NCBI GenBank assembly: GCA_001643675.2
Contig: LSRY02000002.1
Span: forward strand, 744,001-808,000
Direction: 5' to 3'
DNA: 64,000 nt
Source of the DNA: Monocercomonoides exilis PA203
Lineage: Eukaryota > Protista > Preaxostyla
Below, piece by piece: positions 21,683 to 32,573 of the stretch. Both the position numbers and the translations under genes were made by a program. The notes under the pieces are model-generated. The model did no database searches and had not been told where the DNA came from. It saw only the letters and a list, made by a program, of their open reading frames with translations. Each line of letters starts with the position of its first letter. The stretch's first letter is position 1.

Positions 21683-24600
21683 TTAACTTGCTGCGATATC
21701 TGAAGAATTCACAGCTGTGCTTAGCTCGGCGTGTTCTGTTGCTTCCTCCTGGTCAATTGCGTCGGACATTGTCAGTATTGCAGCACCTGGGGGAAAGCGC
21801 TGGATAAACTCTCGCTTCATTTCATTGAGCGATGGCCGATCGATTGAAGCTTCAGAGAAACAACTCTTCAATATTCTTTTCAAAGAGCAATTTTGAAGAG
21901 CATCAGGTTTTGGCCTCTCTCCATTAACAATCTTCTGCCCTGCCACTTCTGCCTCATAATCACCAAACGGGATCTGAAGTGTCAAGCACTCCCACAGCAT
22001 CATCCCGATCGAGAATGCCACTGACTCCTTTGTTGCTCCCATCTTCTTGTTGATCAGCAGCTCAGGCGCCTTCCACCTCAGGCACTCTTTTTTGTAATAA
22101 TCATCCTCATCATCAAAAGCCGAAGAAGGCAGGGAGTCTCTATCATCATCACTTGCAGATGTTACAATAGTTGATGATGAGATGGATGATGAATCAGAAT
22201 CATCAGATGAAAGGAAATCAGAGTTCATCACAATGCAGATGACCATGTGCTCTGAGAAGAGCACAATATGCGGACTCAGATTTGCCAGTGATTGAAGAGG
22301 GTTTTCCATTTCGTCAAATGAGTGGAGTGCAAGGTTAGCCACCCAAAACAGAATTTGAGCAGCTGTCTGCTCCCTCTCCTTCAAACTCCCAATTGCCATT
22401 TCCTTCTTTTCATTCCTTCCATGCAGCAACATGAACAGCGAATCCCTCAAGTCCACAATCAGCTTTTCGTGTGGTGATGAACATGCCATTGCATCCACCA
22501 AATTCGACATTGATGAGGTGGTTGGGCACAGACTCTCCGATCGAACAAACGTGGATTCTGTGTCTGAAGTGTCTGTTGTTGAGGTGGATGAAATGGATGG
22601 TGATGGTGTTCGTTTTCTTGTTCCCTCATCTTCTTTATCATCAACTTTTTCCAACATCCATTCAGGAATCTTGTCCGAATCCTTTCCAAGGATGTATTCA
22701 GTTGACCCGCTCTCACTCAACAAATGCTCTGACGACTCGGAGTGTCCCAGGCTTTTCTCATATATTCTCTTCTTGATTCTTTCCTCGTTTTTCTTCTCAG
22801 CCTCCTTTTCCGCCCTTCTCCACTGCTCCTCTGGTGACATCTCCATCGTCACCATCTCAATCAGCTTCGGATCCTTCCTCACCGTGTCATTCACAATCTC
22901 TTCCAATTCTTCTGTCCTTCTCTTTTGCTTTTTCCATCGAACAGCCAGTATTATTGAAACAATGAGAACAATCAAAAGAATAACAGCAAGCACAATCACA
23001 ATCAACAGCCAGTAAGATTTCCCTTCTTTCCCTCCTTCAACAACTCTGTCTTTTCCAGTCTTTGATTCGGTTTTGTTCTTCAGAATTTGAGGAGAAGTGG
23101 AAGCCAATTGCTTTCCAAACAAAAGCATCACAGACACCTCCGTTTCATCTGCAATTGTAGAAATATTTTCTGATGGAACTCTTCCAATCACTTCTGTTTC
23201 TGAAACAAAACCGTCTTCCTCAAACTGATATGTCTCGACCAACTCCACACCCCCTGTTTTATACACAAGTCTGAATGATAAGTCACAAGGAAGAAGAAGT
23301 GACCCTTTGAATTTGATAAAAATATTGCTTCCATTTTCATTCACAGAAACATCTTCCAACTTGGGAATGAAGAAAGGAGATGCCCTTTCCCCTGCTATCC
23401 CTCTCAAATCACATCCATCATTTAAAATCCAAAGTGAAGAATTGGTCATCACTCCATCTCCGCCTTTCAAGCTCGAAATGGTCAATGAGGCAGAATCTGA
23501 GCAAATGATGTTTCGACGAAGAGAAGGATATTTTCCATTGAATGGATTGTTATTCAAAAACTCTCCTTTCTCGATTTTCACATTGCCAGCCGAGACGGAT
23601 AGCCCACCTGATGAAGCATTCGAAATAATTACATCCTTCATTTCCAACGAAGAACCAGCTGAATGGACAAGTGATCCATTCCATTTGCATATTTCTTCAA
23701 ACGTATTTATTCTTTCGTTTTCAATTTCTTTTGATTGCACTCCAATAAATTGACATAAGTCCATCAAAACATATGTTGTATCGCTCACCTCCATTATTCT
23801 TCCTTCGCTTGACAGAGAATAACAGTTTGAACAAGAACAGTTTGAAAACTCGAAATGAGCAGAGGTTGTTGAAGCTGAGAAAACGGAAGCGCCTTCTGAA
23901 TTCCTTGAACAGTTGTTCAATGATGAATCAACAAGAGTGATTGTTCCAGAAGTTATGTTCTCAATTGAAAAGATACAGCCTTTGGATAACTTCACTTCAT
24001 CGGTGGATACTCCATTCAATGCAATTCTTCCACAATTACCAATCTCAAACACATTTTCTGTCTCTTCAATTTGCTCCAGTTTCACATTTGTAATATTTAT
24101 CTCATCTCCACTTAACAGAAATAAAGGCTTCTTGAATGAAAGCATTGATATTGAGCAGTTGTCAACATGCAGAATTCCATTTTCGATGTTCAGCAATGTT
24201 GAATTGAGAACAATAGCTTTAATGTTTTCTGAATATCCAGTCGAAGAAAAACCAACAAATGAAAGAGACAGCTGGCCACGTGCTTCGTGAATGATTGAAC
24301 TGCCTGAATATGAAAATAACTGACCAAAGTTGAATTTCACACTTTCAATCCGAACTTTCTCTGATGTTGTGATAATACTGCCCTCGTTGGTTATTGTTGA
24401 GTTCAGATGCACCAAAGCAGCTGAGGGAGATTGCAATGAGCGGATGGTCACATCAAGAACATCACACTTCCCAACAATTTCTGTTTGCCCCAAGATCAGT
24501 AGCTGTGAGAACAGAGATGGAATGATGTGCTGCACTCCAAAGCTCAATGAGTGGCATGGCGTGTCCAATTCTCCACATTGCTTGCTGTCTGAGCTATTGT

Positions 24601-27600
24601 CTGCAACTGATGACACAAATATCGTCTCGCTCTGGTATTTCACAACCCTCAGCAGCAGATCTTCTTCATCAACGAAAGAATCTGTTGTGCAGCCCCATAT
24701 CGCAAGCTCCTTCACAAACGGAGCTCTGAAATCCAATAAGAATTGCTCATCAACAATTTGTGTTTCGATTGAGTGGCATCTCACACACACATCTCTTCCC
24801 CTGAATGCAGAGTTATCTCTGAATGTGATATTTGACAGAACAAAATTCAGAGGCTGTTCAACCACCGAGGTGCATTCCAGAAACAGCCACCCACCTCTTC
24901 CTGTGGTGGAGCAGAAGCACTCAGAAATGGTGCAAAATGAGCAGTCAAACTTTCCTCCCTCATTCAACAGGGCAAACATCCCTCCTCCCTTTCCACATTT
25001 TGATCCTCCACATCTTTTCATCGTTGTGTTTCGAATCACCATTTTCAATTTCTCATCATTATTCACATTTCGGATAATGGGAATATCATTGGTTGTGTTC
25101 TGGGTGACTTCTTCGAATATGCTCCACTCAACAAGAACATTTTGTTCAACTTCATTATTTTCTCTCTCTGAACTCTTTGATATCCTCAATCCACTTGCCC
25201 CATCAAGCTCAATATTCTTCATCGTCAGATTTTTGAAGTTCAACGTTGTTGTTGACAACACAGAAATTACATCTTTTGAAAAGCTGAGTGATTGCATCGT
25301 CACCAATTCCAATCGAACTGTGCCCCCATCTGCCTTGATCAGTCCAAAGTTAATCATGTTCTCTCTGCTTTCTTCCATTTTTGTGAATGAGCAGTCTTTC
25401 AGAGTCAACAGTCCTTCACTTGAACCAACATGGATAAGAACATTCACTCCACTTGTAAATGAAGATGGAATCACAAAGCGAATCAGTTCGAGATTTGTGA
25501 TGCCTTGAGTCTTCATTGCTGCCCCTTCTTCCCCTTCAACAGAAGAATGACATTCCAAAACACACTTATTGTTAACATCTGATTTAATGGAAACTCCACC
25601 AAGATCAACACACTTCTGAAGAATCGCCTTTCCAATGATGTTTATATTCTTTTCATTTCCTTCAGACAATCGATCCAATGAATAATCAATTGACAGACAA
25701 GGATAATCTGAGAATCCGCAAGCACCCATATCTTTTCCTTCACCCCCAATAAATAACTCTGAGCCAAGTGCGAACCAGAAATAGATCAGTGGAATAGCAT
25801 TCGCTGTATCATTCCCATCAAAGCCTCTCATAGAATCCAACGAAATATCTTCCAGATTCTCTGACACAAATGGAAGAGAGGTGTTTGTAATGCTCTTTGT
25901 TAAGTTCAATGCTTCCACAAACAGGTCATTTCCATATTTTGCAACATTTGGCTTGTCTGCCCCAAAAACAGGCGATGAGATCACAAATGAAGAATCATCA
26001 TCAATCAGCTTCAGTGCCATCCCTCCCCCAAACCCAATCTTCCGTTCTTCTGCTGGTGCTGTACATCCTGTGAATGTGCATAAAATAATATTCATTTGAA
26101 TGCTCCCTTTCAACTGAGCATCGACAGCGCCGCCTCTGCTGCCATCAGCCAGCACAGAGCATCCATCAAAATCACATTCTTCAATATTTATTTCTCCATT
26201 TGAATTTTCATCATGGCTGTTATCAACGCTTATACAGCCTCCACTTCCAGCTGCTCTTTCAATTTCTGTGAAAGTGCAGTTCGTCATGTTCAACCACGGA
26301 GTGTTCATTAACTCTGCATTTGTTCCACTTCCAAACAGTGAGATCAATGGAGTTGTGCTCAGCGATATCGATGAAGCAGAGAAGAAATCAATAACCAGGG
26401 TGCCAGACTCGACAGACAAGATTAGACATGCTAATTCAGACGAAGGGTTTTGAAGAGAAATAGAGCAATGAGACAGAGATAGTGATGATGAAGATGAAAT
26501 AAAAGTCTGATGAAGAGGAAGGGACGATGGAAGAGAGAATATAAGTGCTGAAAGCACTGTTTCCACTCCAACTGTCACCATTGCTGTATTTGTTTCTGTG
26601 ATTGTATCAGAAACTGTCCAGCCACTCTGATCATCATTTCCTCTAATTTCATGTTTCTGTCCAGCAAATGCCAATTCATCGCTCATCAAAATCATTCCAT
26701 CCACAACAACTTTCTTTGAACCTGATAGACGTGTTAGAGAATGCTTCAAGGACAAACAAGGGAATTGGACAATTCCACAATGAGAATGATCAGATGCCTC
26801 AATGTTGCTCACATGCACTTCTTCTTGTGTTGGAAGGAGATAAACGCACAGAGGGATAGCAACACTCGTATTTCCATTGTCATATCCTCGAATCTTCTCA
26901 AAAGAATCCAAAGAGGCTTCCACACATGTGATGTTTTTGGATTTTGCTGTTTCTTCCAGATTTGGTGAAATGACAAAAATATCTTTTCCCCATTTGGCTG
27001 TATTTGTGCCAAAGGAAGAGGATATCAGGAATTCTGGATTTTCATTCAATAATCGAAGAAGGATTCCTCCCCCAAATCCATATGTTGCAGAGCAATAGCA
27101 CCCATCAAAAGATCCACCTTTCACTTTCACCTCATTTCCATTCCCAACACACAGCATCATCGATCCCCCATTTTCTGAATTTGTGCTTCCACATCCTTCA
27201 AAAGTACTTGAATTCACATCAATATTTGCCTTGTCATTTGAAAACGAGATTACAGCTGCTCCACTGTTTGTTCTTTCGATCCCATCAAAGGCACACTTCG
27301 AAAGCGTCAATGATATTTCATTTGTCGAAGAAAGCAAAAACAATGAAGTTGTGGAGATCGATTTTGCCCAGTTCACATTATCCATCTGCAGCATACCATT
27401 CTGAACATTGACCAGCTCTGTTGTGAATGCTGTTTCTGTTGATTGCCCACTTCCAATAGATATGTTCAGACTGCTGATCCTCATTCCTCCTGCTCCACTT
27501 ATCTCAAACAGCCTTGACCCACGGTTGTTCGGATGAGTCGAGTTATGCACAAGAACAAAGTCTCTGGCAGTCAATGCACCTGTTGAGACCGAAAATAGAG

Positions 27601-29437
27601 ACAGCCCAGATGCTTCAAATTCTGTGTGGATTGCTGTGCTCATATTGCTTTGGCCATAAACAGTGAAACTGTTTGATCCACAATAAAAATTATTTGTTTC
27701 GATTATCGTTCCCGAAAATATTTCGACATTGGGAACCAACACTGGAATGAGTTGCGTAAGGCAACGGCTGATGGTGCAACATGCATGGGTTTTATCCAGC
27801 CCACATGCATATGTGTCGATGCCCTTTGGTTGTGAATCAGTTGATGAGACAAATCTCACTTTTCCAAAATCATTGCGAAGCCATTCACTCCGATCATCAA
27901 TTGAGTCAAAATTTATACTAACTCTATTTGAAGTATTCCTTGTTGAGAAGCAACTTGGGTCAATGTTGTTTTCTGTTGAGTCTTGAAGAACAATATCATG
28001 TCCTCCTTTTTCGCATGCATTATTATGGAAGAAACAACTGAAAAACAAAATTCCATTATTATTCGGAGTTATGTGCTGGTACACTGCGCCTCCTCCACCC
28101 ATTGAATAGCAATTGCAGAATTGGCAGTTTGAGATAATTACTTTGTCCAAAGTATCCCAATGTTGAATTGCTCCTCCGGCTCCATCAACAGAATTATTAC
28201 ATTGACAGTTATCAAAAAAGGAATTAATAATGCATTCTTTTTGGGTCAAGACTTTTGTTTGACGTTGATCAATTGCTCCTGCATCATTTCCCGATGAACA
28301 ATTTTGAAAGGAGCAATCGTCAACAAATGATTGTGTGCAAATATTTTCCATCGATATTCCTCCTCCCCCATAATTTGTAGTTGCTGCAGCCGAACATTGG
28401 ACAAAGGAAGTGTGGAGGACAATACATTCGGAGATCTTCAACGTATATATTCCTCCTCCTCTTGTTAAAGAAGCATTGCATCTTTCAAATGAAGAATTTT
28501 CAACTGTTAAAATTGCTTTTTCATTATCATGAACATAAAGGGCACCTCCTTGTGGGGATGTGCAATCAATCCATTTACACAATGAAAAGGATTGACTTTC
28601 GGTTGAATCACTTTTTTCTTTTCTTTGAAGGTCATTCGTTTCTCTTTTGCCAAAGTGTGTAGTTGTATTTCTGCAGACAAATTTATGAGAAGAATATGAT
28701 CCACTTGAAATCCCTCCTTCAAATACATTCACACATGAATAAATGAGGATGCTCTCCATTGAACTGAAATAGCATGAATGCCCCATTTGAAAATCACTGT
28801 TCTTGAAGAGTTTCACAGACATGTTTCTGAAGGCACATTTATCAATCTGTTCACTTTTGCTCTTTCCTGATAACAGGAAATAGTCTAAAGATGAGACAGT
28901 CAGATCTGCAACGATGGAATTTCTCAAAATAACAGAATTTGAATCATCAGATGAAAATATGAGGCTGGAAGGGCAAAGATTCTTTTGGGGGATCAAACTC
29001 ATATTTGTGAAACAGATTGCCCCACTTTGCAAAAGAAACGGTGATTCCGATTTTTGGTGGGAGATGCACAAATCCAACATCACACTTGATTTATCTGCTA
29101 TGAGCATCAAAGGTGAAGAAGAATATTCAAGTGCCACATTTTTCAGTCCAACTGTTGAATTGAAGAATCCAAAAAATGTATTTTTAACTGTTGAAAGTCC
29201 TGACTGTAATCTTTTCACTTCCATCAAGGCATTCTGCTCAAATAAGTAATAAGCATCAGTCTCTGACAGATATTGTGCATCATTTGAATAACCTGAACAC
29301 AAATAAAGAGAATTATTGAAAAAATGAACATTTGAGAGAATACCTTTGTTCTCCAATCTGGTAGCTCTTGAGACATCTTCTGCTTTTAGCGTTTCTGTAA
29401 GAAGCAAACATGCCAAATAGCACAAATTCATTCTCAT
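21683..29437 (-). CDS. Giant single-pass receptor-like protein (2584 aa), paralog of 1607-9373, with C-terminal pseudokinase
   Basis: Intronless ORF with signal peptide MRMNLCYLACLLLTETLKA. Same four CG...C modules and GGA motifs in the same order as the paralog. TM and intracellular region are nearly identical to 1607-9373. Confidence 0.87.
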   Translation of the reverse strand: MRMNLCYLACLLLTETLKAEDVSRATRLENKGILSNVHFFNNSLYLCSGYSNDAQYLSETDAYYLFEQNALMEVKRLQSGLSTVKNTFFGFFNSTVGLKNVALEYSSSPLMLIADKSSVMLDLCISHQKSESPFLLQSGAICFTNMSLIPQKNLCPSSLIFSSDDSNSVILRNSIVADLTVSSLDYFLLSGKSKSEQIDKCAFRNMSVKLFKNSDFQMGHSCYFSSMESILIYSCVNVFEGGISSGSYSSHKFVCRNTTTHFGKRETNDLQRKEKSDSTESQSFSLCKWIDCTSPQGGALYVHDNEKAILTVENSSFERCNASLTRGGGIYTLKISECIVLHTSFVQCSAAATTNYGGGGISMENICTQSFVDDCSFQNCSSGNDAGAIDQRQTKVLTQKECIINSFFDNCQCNNSVDGAGGAIQHWDTLDKVIISNCQFCNCYSMGGGGAVYQHITPNNNGILFFSCFFHNNACEKGGHDIVLQDSTENNIDPSCFSTRNTSNRVSINFDSIDDRSEWLRNDFGKVRFVSSTDSQPKGIDTYACGLDKTHACCTISRCLTQLIPVLVPNVEIFSGTIIETNNFYCGSNSFTVYGQSNMSTAIHTEFEASGLSLFSVSTGALTARDFVLVHNSTHPNNRGSRLFEISGAGGMRISSLNISIGSGQSTETAFTTELVNVQNGMLQMDNVNWAKSISTTSLFLLSSTNEISLTLSKCAFDGIERTNSGAAVISFSNDKANIDVNSSTFEGCGSTNSENGGSMMLCVGNGNEVKVKGGSFDGCYCSATYGFGGGILLRLLNENPEFLISSSFGTNTAKWGKDIFVISPNLEETAKSKNITCVEASLDSFEKIRGYDNGNTSVAIPLCVYLLPTQEEVHVSNIEASDHSHCGIVQFPCLSLKHSLTRLSGSKKVVVDGMILMSDELAFAGQKHEIRGNDDQSGWTVSDTITETNTAMVTVGVETVLSALIFSLPSSLPLHQTFISSSSSLSLSHCSISLQNPSSELACLILSVESGTLVIDFFSASSISLSTTPLISLFGSGTNAELMNTPWLNMTNCTFTEIERAAGSGGCISVDNSHDENSNGEINIEECDFDGCSVLADGSRGGAVDAQLKGSIQMNIILCTFTGCTAPAEERKIGFGGGMALKLIDDDSSFVISSPVFGADKPNVAKYGNDLFVEALNLTKSITNTSLPFVSENLEDISLDSMRGFDGNDTANAIPLIYFWFALGSELFIGGEGKDMGACGFSDYPCLSIDYSLDRLSEGNEKNINIIGKAILQKCVDLGGVSIKSDVNNKCVLECHSSVEGEEGAAMKTQGITNLELIRFVIPSSFTSGVNVLIHVGSSEGLLTLKDCSFTKMEESRENMINFGLIKADGGTVRLELVTMQSLSFSKDVISVLSTTTLNFKNLTMKNIELDGASGLRISKSSERENNEVEQNVLVEWSIFEEVTQNTTNDIPIIRNVNNDEKLKMVIRNTTMKRCGGSKCGKGGGMFALLNEGGKFDCSFCTISECFCSTTGRGGWLFLECTSVVEQPLNFVLSNITFRDNSAFRGRDVCVRCHSIETQIVDEQFLLDFRAPFVKELAIWGCTTDSFVDEEDLLLRVVKYQSETIFVSSVADNSSDSKQCGELDTPCHSLSFGVQHIIPSLFSQLLILGQTEIVGKCDVLDVTIRSLQSPSAALVHLNSTITNEGSIITTSEKVRIESVKFNFGQLFSYSGSSIIHEARGQLSLSFVGFSSTGYSENIKAIVLNSTLLNIENGILHVDNCSISMLSFKKPLFLLSGDEINITNVKLEQIEETENVFEIGNCGRIALNGVSTDEVKLSKGCIFSIENITSGTITLVDSSLNNCSRNSEGASVFSASTTSAHFEFSNCSCSNCYSLSSEGRIMEVSDTTYVLMDLCQFIGVQSKEIENERINTFEEICKWNGSLVHSAGSSLEMKDVIISNASSGGLSVSAGNVKIEKGEFLNNNPFNGKYPSLRRNIICSDSASLTISSLKGGDGVMTNSSLWILNDGCDLRGIAGERASPFFIPKLEDVSVNENGSNIFIKFKGSLLLPCDLSFRLVYKTGGVELVETYQFEEDGFVSETEVIGRVPSENISTIADETEVSVMLLFGKQLASTSPQILKNKTESKTGKDRVVEGGKEGKSYWLLIVIVLAVILLIVLIVSIILAVRWKKQKRRTEELEEIVNDTVRKDPKLIEMVTMEMSPEEQWRRAEKEAEKKNEERIKKRIYEKSLGHSESSEHLLSESGSTEYILGKDSDKIPEWMLEKVDDKEDEGTRKRTPSPSISSTSTTDTSDTESTFVRSESLCPTTSSMSNLVDAMACSSPHEKLIVDLRDSLFMLLHGRNEKKEMAIGSLKEREQTAAQILFWVANLALHSFDEMENPLQSLANLSPHIVLFSEHMVICIVMNSDFLSSDDSDSSSISSSTIVTSASDDDRDSLPSSAFDDEDDYYKKECLRWKAPELLINKKMGATKESVAFSIGMMLWECLTLQIPFGDYEAEVAGQKIVNGERPKPDALQNCSLKRILKSCFSEASIDRPSLNEMKREFIQRFPPGAAILTMSDAIDQEEATEHAELSTAVNSSDIAAS

Positions 29438-29665
29438 GGGAATGAAAATTTTTTTTGATATGAAATTTTTAATTTTTTACGTATGATCAAAATGACCCTT
29501 AATAATAGTTTAAAATTCAAATGAATGGAGAAATAATCTTTTTTTCAGTAAATCATTTTGAGAACATGTGAAAAACATCTGAGGCACTTCCAAAGCAATG
29601 CCATTTCTTCAGTTCTTTACAGACATGAATCGGCTTTTGCTGATGCAGATGAAATTCTTTCACTT

Positions 29666-29666
<1 letters not shown>

Positions 29667-29721
<55 letters not shown>
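29667..29721 (+). repeat. Poly(A) tract, 55 nt
   Basis: Uninterrupted A run read directly from the sequence. Confidence 0.95.
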
Positions 29722-29723
<2 letters not shown>

Positions 29724-30582
29724 CAATCAAATTAAAGGATAAAATTGTCTAAAAGAAAAATAAAACCTTTTCAAAAAGATATTACTGTCAAATAAAAGCT
29801 CGAAAAGTTAAAAATGCAATTTCTGTACAAATGACTTTAAAATCAACATTTGGATGTATCGTTTTGAATTGTCAAATTTCTCCTCTCCTATTGCTAAAAA
29901 ATGATGAATCTTTCTTCGTCTGCACTCTCTTTCTTCCACTCATCAACCTTTTTATTGCTCTCATTTCAACACTTCCTCCAACTTTCACATCATTTTCCTT
30001 GTCTTTCCCTCATTCTCTTCACCAATGTCTATCAACTTCTCTTCTTCTCTTCTTTTTTCGACCAGTTTGAGCATTTGTTATTTAAATAGATTCTTCAATC
30101 AGATTATGAGAAGATGAAGAACGTGAAAAAGAAGAAGAACTTGAAGGAAAACTGAAAGAAGAAGAATTGGAAGAAGAGAAGATCCTTTGAATGGTATTGA
30201 TCTCCATAATGTTGATGAAGTGAAGTTGAGTGAAAATTTTAAGATAGTTGGCAAAAAGATGAGTGAAGGAGGAATTTTTGAAGAATTTGAAGAAGAACTC
30301 GAAAAAAATATCTCTATCGCAAAATATTATTATCAAAGTTAATCCTATAAACCATCCATTTTCTCCTCCTTTCTTCTTCTTCTCCTCCTCCTCCTCGCAT
30401 TAACATTTGCATTCGATGCTTTTGTTTGTGTTTTTTCTGTCGATTTGACATTCTTCATATTATTTCGATTTGACGTGTGTGTTTTCAATTGGATTGAGGA
30501 ATTACTGCAAGAAAAAGAACAACCCCGAACGTGTGAATTAATTTTTGGTGAATTGTTGATTATTTGAAGAAAAAAAAGATAA

Positions 30583-30585
<3 letters not shown>

Positions 30586-30672
<87 letters not shown>
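30586..30672. repeat. (TTA)29 microsatellite
   Basis: Perfect TTA tandem array. Confidence 0.95.
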
Positions 30673-30673
<1 letters not shown>

Positions 30674-31612
30674 AAATTGAAGCAAACAAAATGAAACTGT
30701 TGAGAAAGACAAAAATGCTCAAACTTTTGTGTTTGAAGGATAACGCTCTTCAATTTGTGTGATTGAAAAGGATCAAAAGCCAACTGTGTTTGGCTCCACG
30801 AAGATGAAAGCAGCGAAAAGAAAATTGAATGATCTTGCTGTGTCTCAGTGACAAGATGGAAGAAGGATGAAAAAAAGATTTGCATTTATTCATCAATGCC
30901 AAATCCGTTGGTGATAATGCATCTGAATTGTATTCTTTCATATTAAAAACACAAAATCCAATTGGTCATTTTCCAATATGGAAACAGATTGACGCAATGA
31001 CTTTGTAAAAAGACAAATGAAGAAAACAAAATCAATCGAATTCTCATTCACAGAAGGTCGCAAAAAGAAAACAAACTTGTGTGATGATCGCCTTTCTTGC
31101 TTGAAATGGCAGTCCCTTCAAAGAGCGAAATCCAAAAGCGGCTGACCTGAATGCTCTTCGATTTTCAAAAAACACTGGACAATTGGGACGAAATCTTTTG
31201 CTTTATGAATTTTGTTCCATTCTTCGCTTTCAAAGGTATTTCTCATCTTTTGAATATTTCTTTATGTTATTTTGCACTTGAATGTCAGAATTGCAGTTAT
31301 TCGATAGTGGAAATAGTTCGGAACAAATCTTTGATTTTTTCATAAATCCTAGAATTTTATCCCAATTAGATATCTCGTTGATAGTGGTTCTGATCTGTTT
31401 CGCAGCAAAACGGAATCAGAAATCGAATTTCATAGCTTTTCATGTCTGAGTGGTTCAGTTAGAGAAACACGAAGGCTAAATATATATAATATATATTGGA
31501 GTCCGCCTTTGTAACATTTAAATATTTTCATTTTTTGTAATAAATATCCTTTCCAGAAAATGTCCAACCATCTTCTTTGTCCAAAATTTTCATAAACAAT
31601 TTTTTCGATATA

Positions 31613-32141
31613 CAGTCAAAACCGGATATAATCACGTCGAATATAATCACATTCGCCTATAGTCACATTTTTCGATGCACCGACATTTTTTGCTTGTTTT
31701 TCATTCATTTTTCATCGCATATAATCACAGGGATGAAAATATATAATCACATTTTTAATTATAATGGGTGACTTTTTCAATGAAATATCGATTTTTTGAT
31801 CAAAAATCTCAATTTTTCGCGTTTTCAAAAATGTGCTCAAATAAGTTAAAATAATACGCATTTTCGCAAAAAATTAATTTCGCAAGTGAAAAATGCGTAT
31901 TATTTTAACTTATTTGAGCACATTTTTGAAAACGCGAAAAATTGAGATTTTTGATCAAAAAATCGATATTTCATTGAAAAAGTCACCCATTATAATTAAA
32001 AATGTGATTATATATTTTCATCCCTGTGATTATATGCGATGAAAAATGAATGAAAAACAAGCAAAAAATGTCGGTGCATCGAAAAATGTGACTATAGGCG
32101 AATGTGATTATATTCGACGTGATTATATCCGGTTTAGACTG
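31613..32141. mobile_element. Palindromic non-autonomous DNA transposon (MITE), Tc1/mariner-pogo type, 529 bp
   Basis: Inverted arms 31613-31864 and 31890-32141 (252 bp each, one mismatch seen) with a 25 bp spacer. Termini CAGTC...GACTG are flanked by TA on both sides (31611-12, 32142-43). Each arm has five TATA(A/G)TCAC sub-repeats. No ORF. Confidence 0.8.
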
Positions 32142-32573
32142 TATTCAAATAGATTGGACAATTTTGTAAAACCGTTCTTTTTCACACAATTTATTCTTTT
32201 CATTAATAGGAAGATATTAAAAGTTTCATGAATTTCATTCCACTCATTTCTCTTTCTCTCTCTCTCTCTTCCTTTTTTTTAAAAAAAAAAAATAAAAAGA
32301 AAAGAAAAAAGAAAGAAAAACATTATAAAATTTTTTTCAAAAGCGCTCGAAATCAAAGGAAAAAAAATGCATCTTTTAAAGAAGAAATATATTTACTGAG
32401 TTCATTTTTTTTATCTCAAATACGAATTTGCGAATCCTCTTTTTTGACTAACAAAGAATGAGTTCGATAATCATCACGATAGTCAAATATGGAAATTTTT
32501 CATTCTGAACGAAATACACCATTTTCGGAAGTATTCACACAAATGTGTATTTTGATAATACCAAAAAACCAAT

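Noticed and set aside
21238-29731. GACAATCAAA found after the poly(A) and at 21238, as a possible TSD around the receptor gene
   Set aside because: A 10-mer match is plausible by chance in AT-rich DNA, and the poly(A) is on the wrong strand and end to be the gene's retro-tail.
29558-29752. Poly-Lys ORF
   Set aside because: Translation of the poly(A) tract.
30345-30722. Poly-Asn ORF
   Set aside because: Produced by the (TTA)n microsatellite, with a non-ATG start and no other coding features.
31613-31760. TATAATCAC repeats as a CRISPR-like array or bacterial -10 boxes
   Set aside because: The repeats are only 9 bp and irregularly spaced, sit inside a MITE arm, and have a eukaryotic context with no cas genes.
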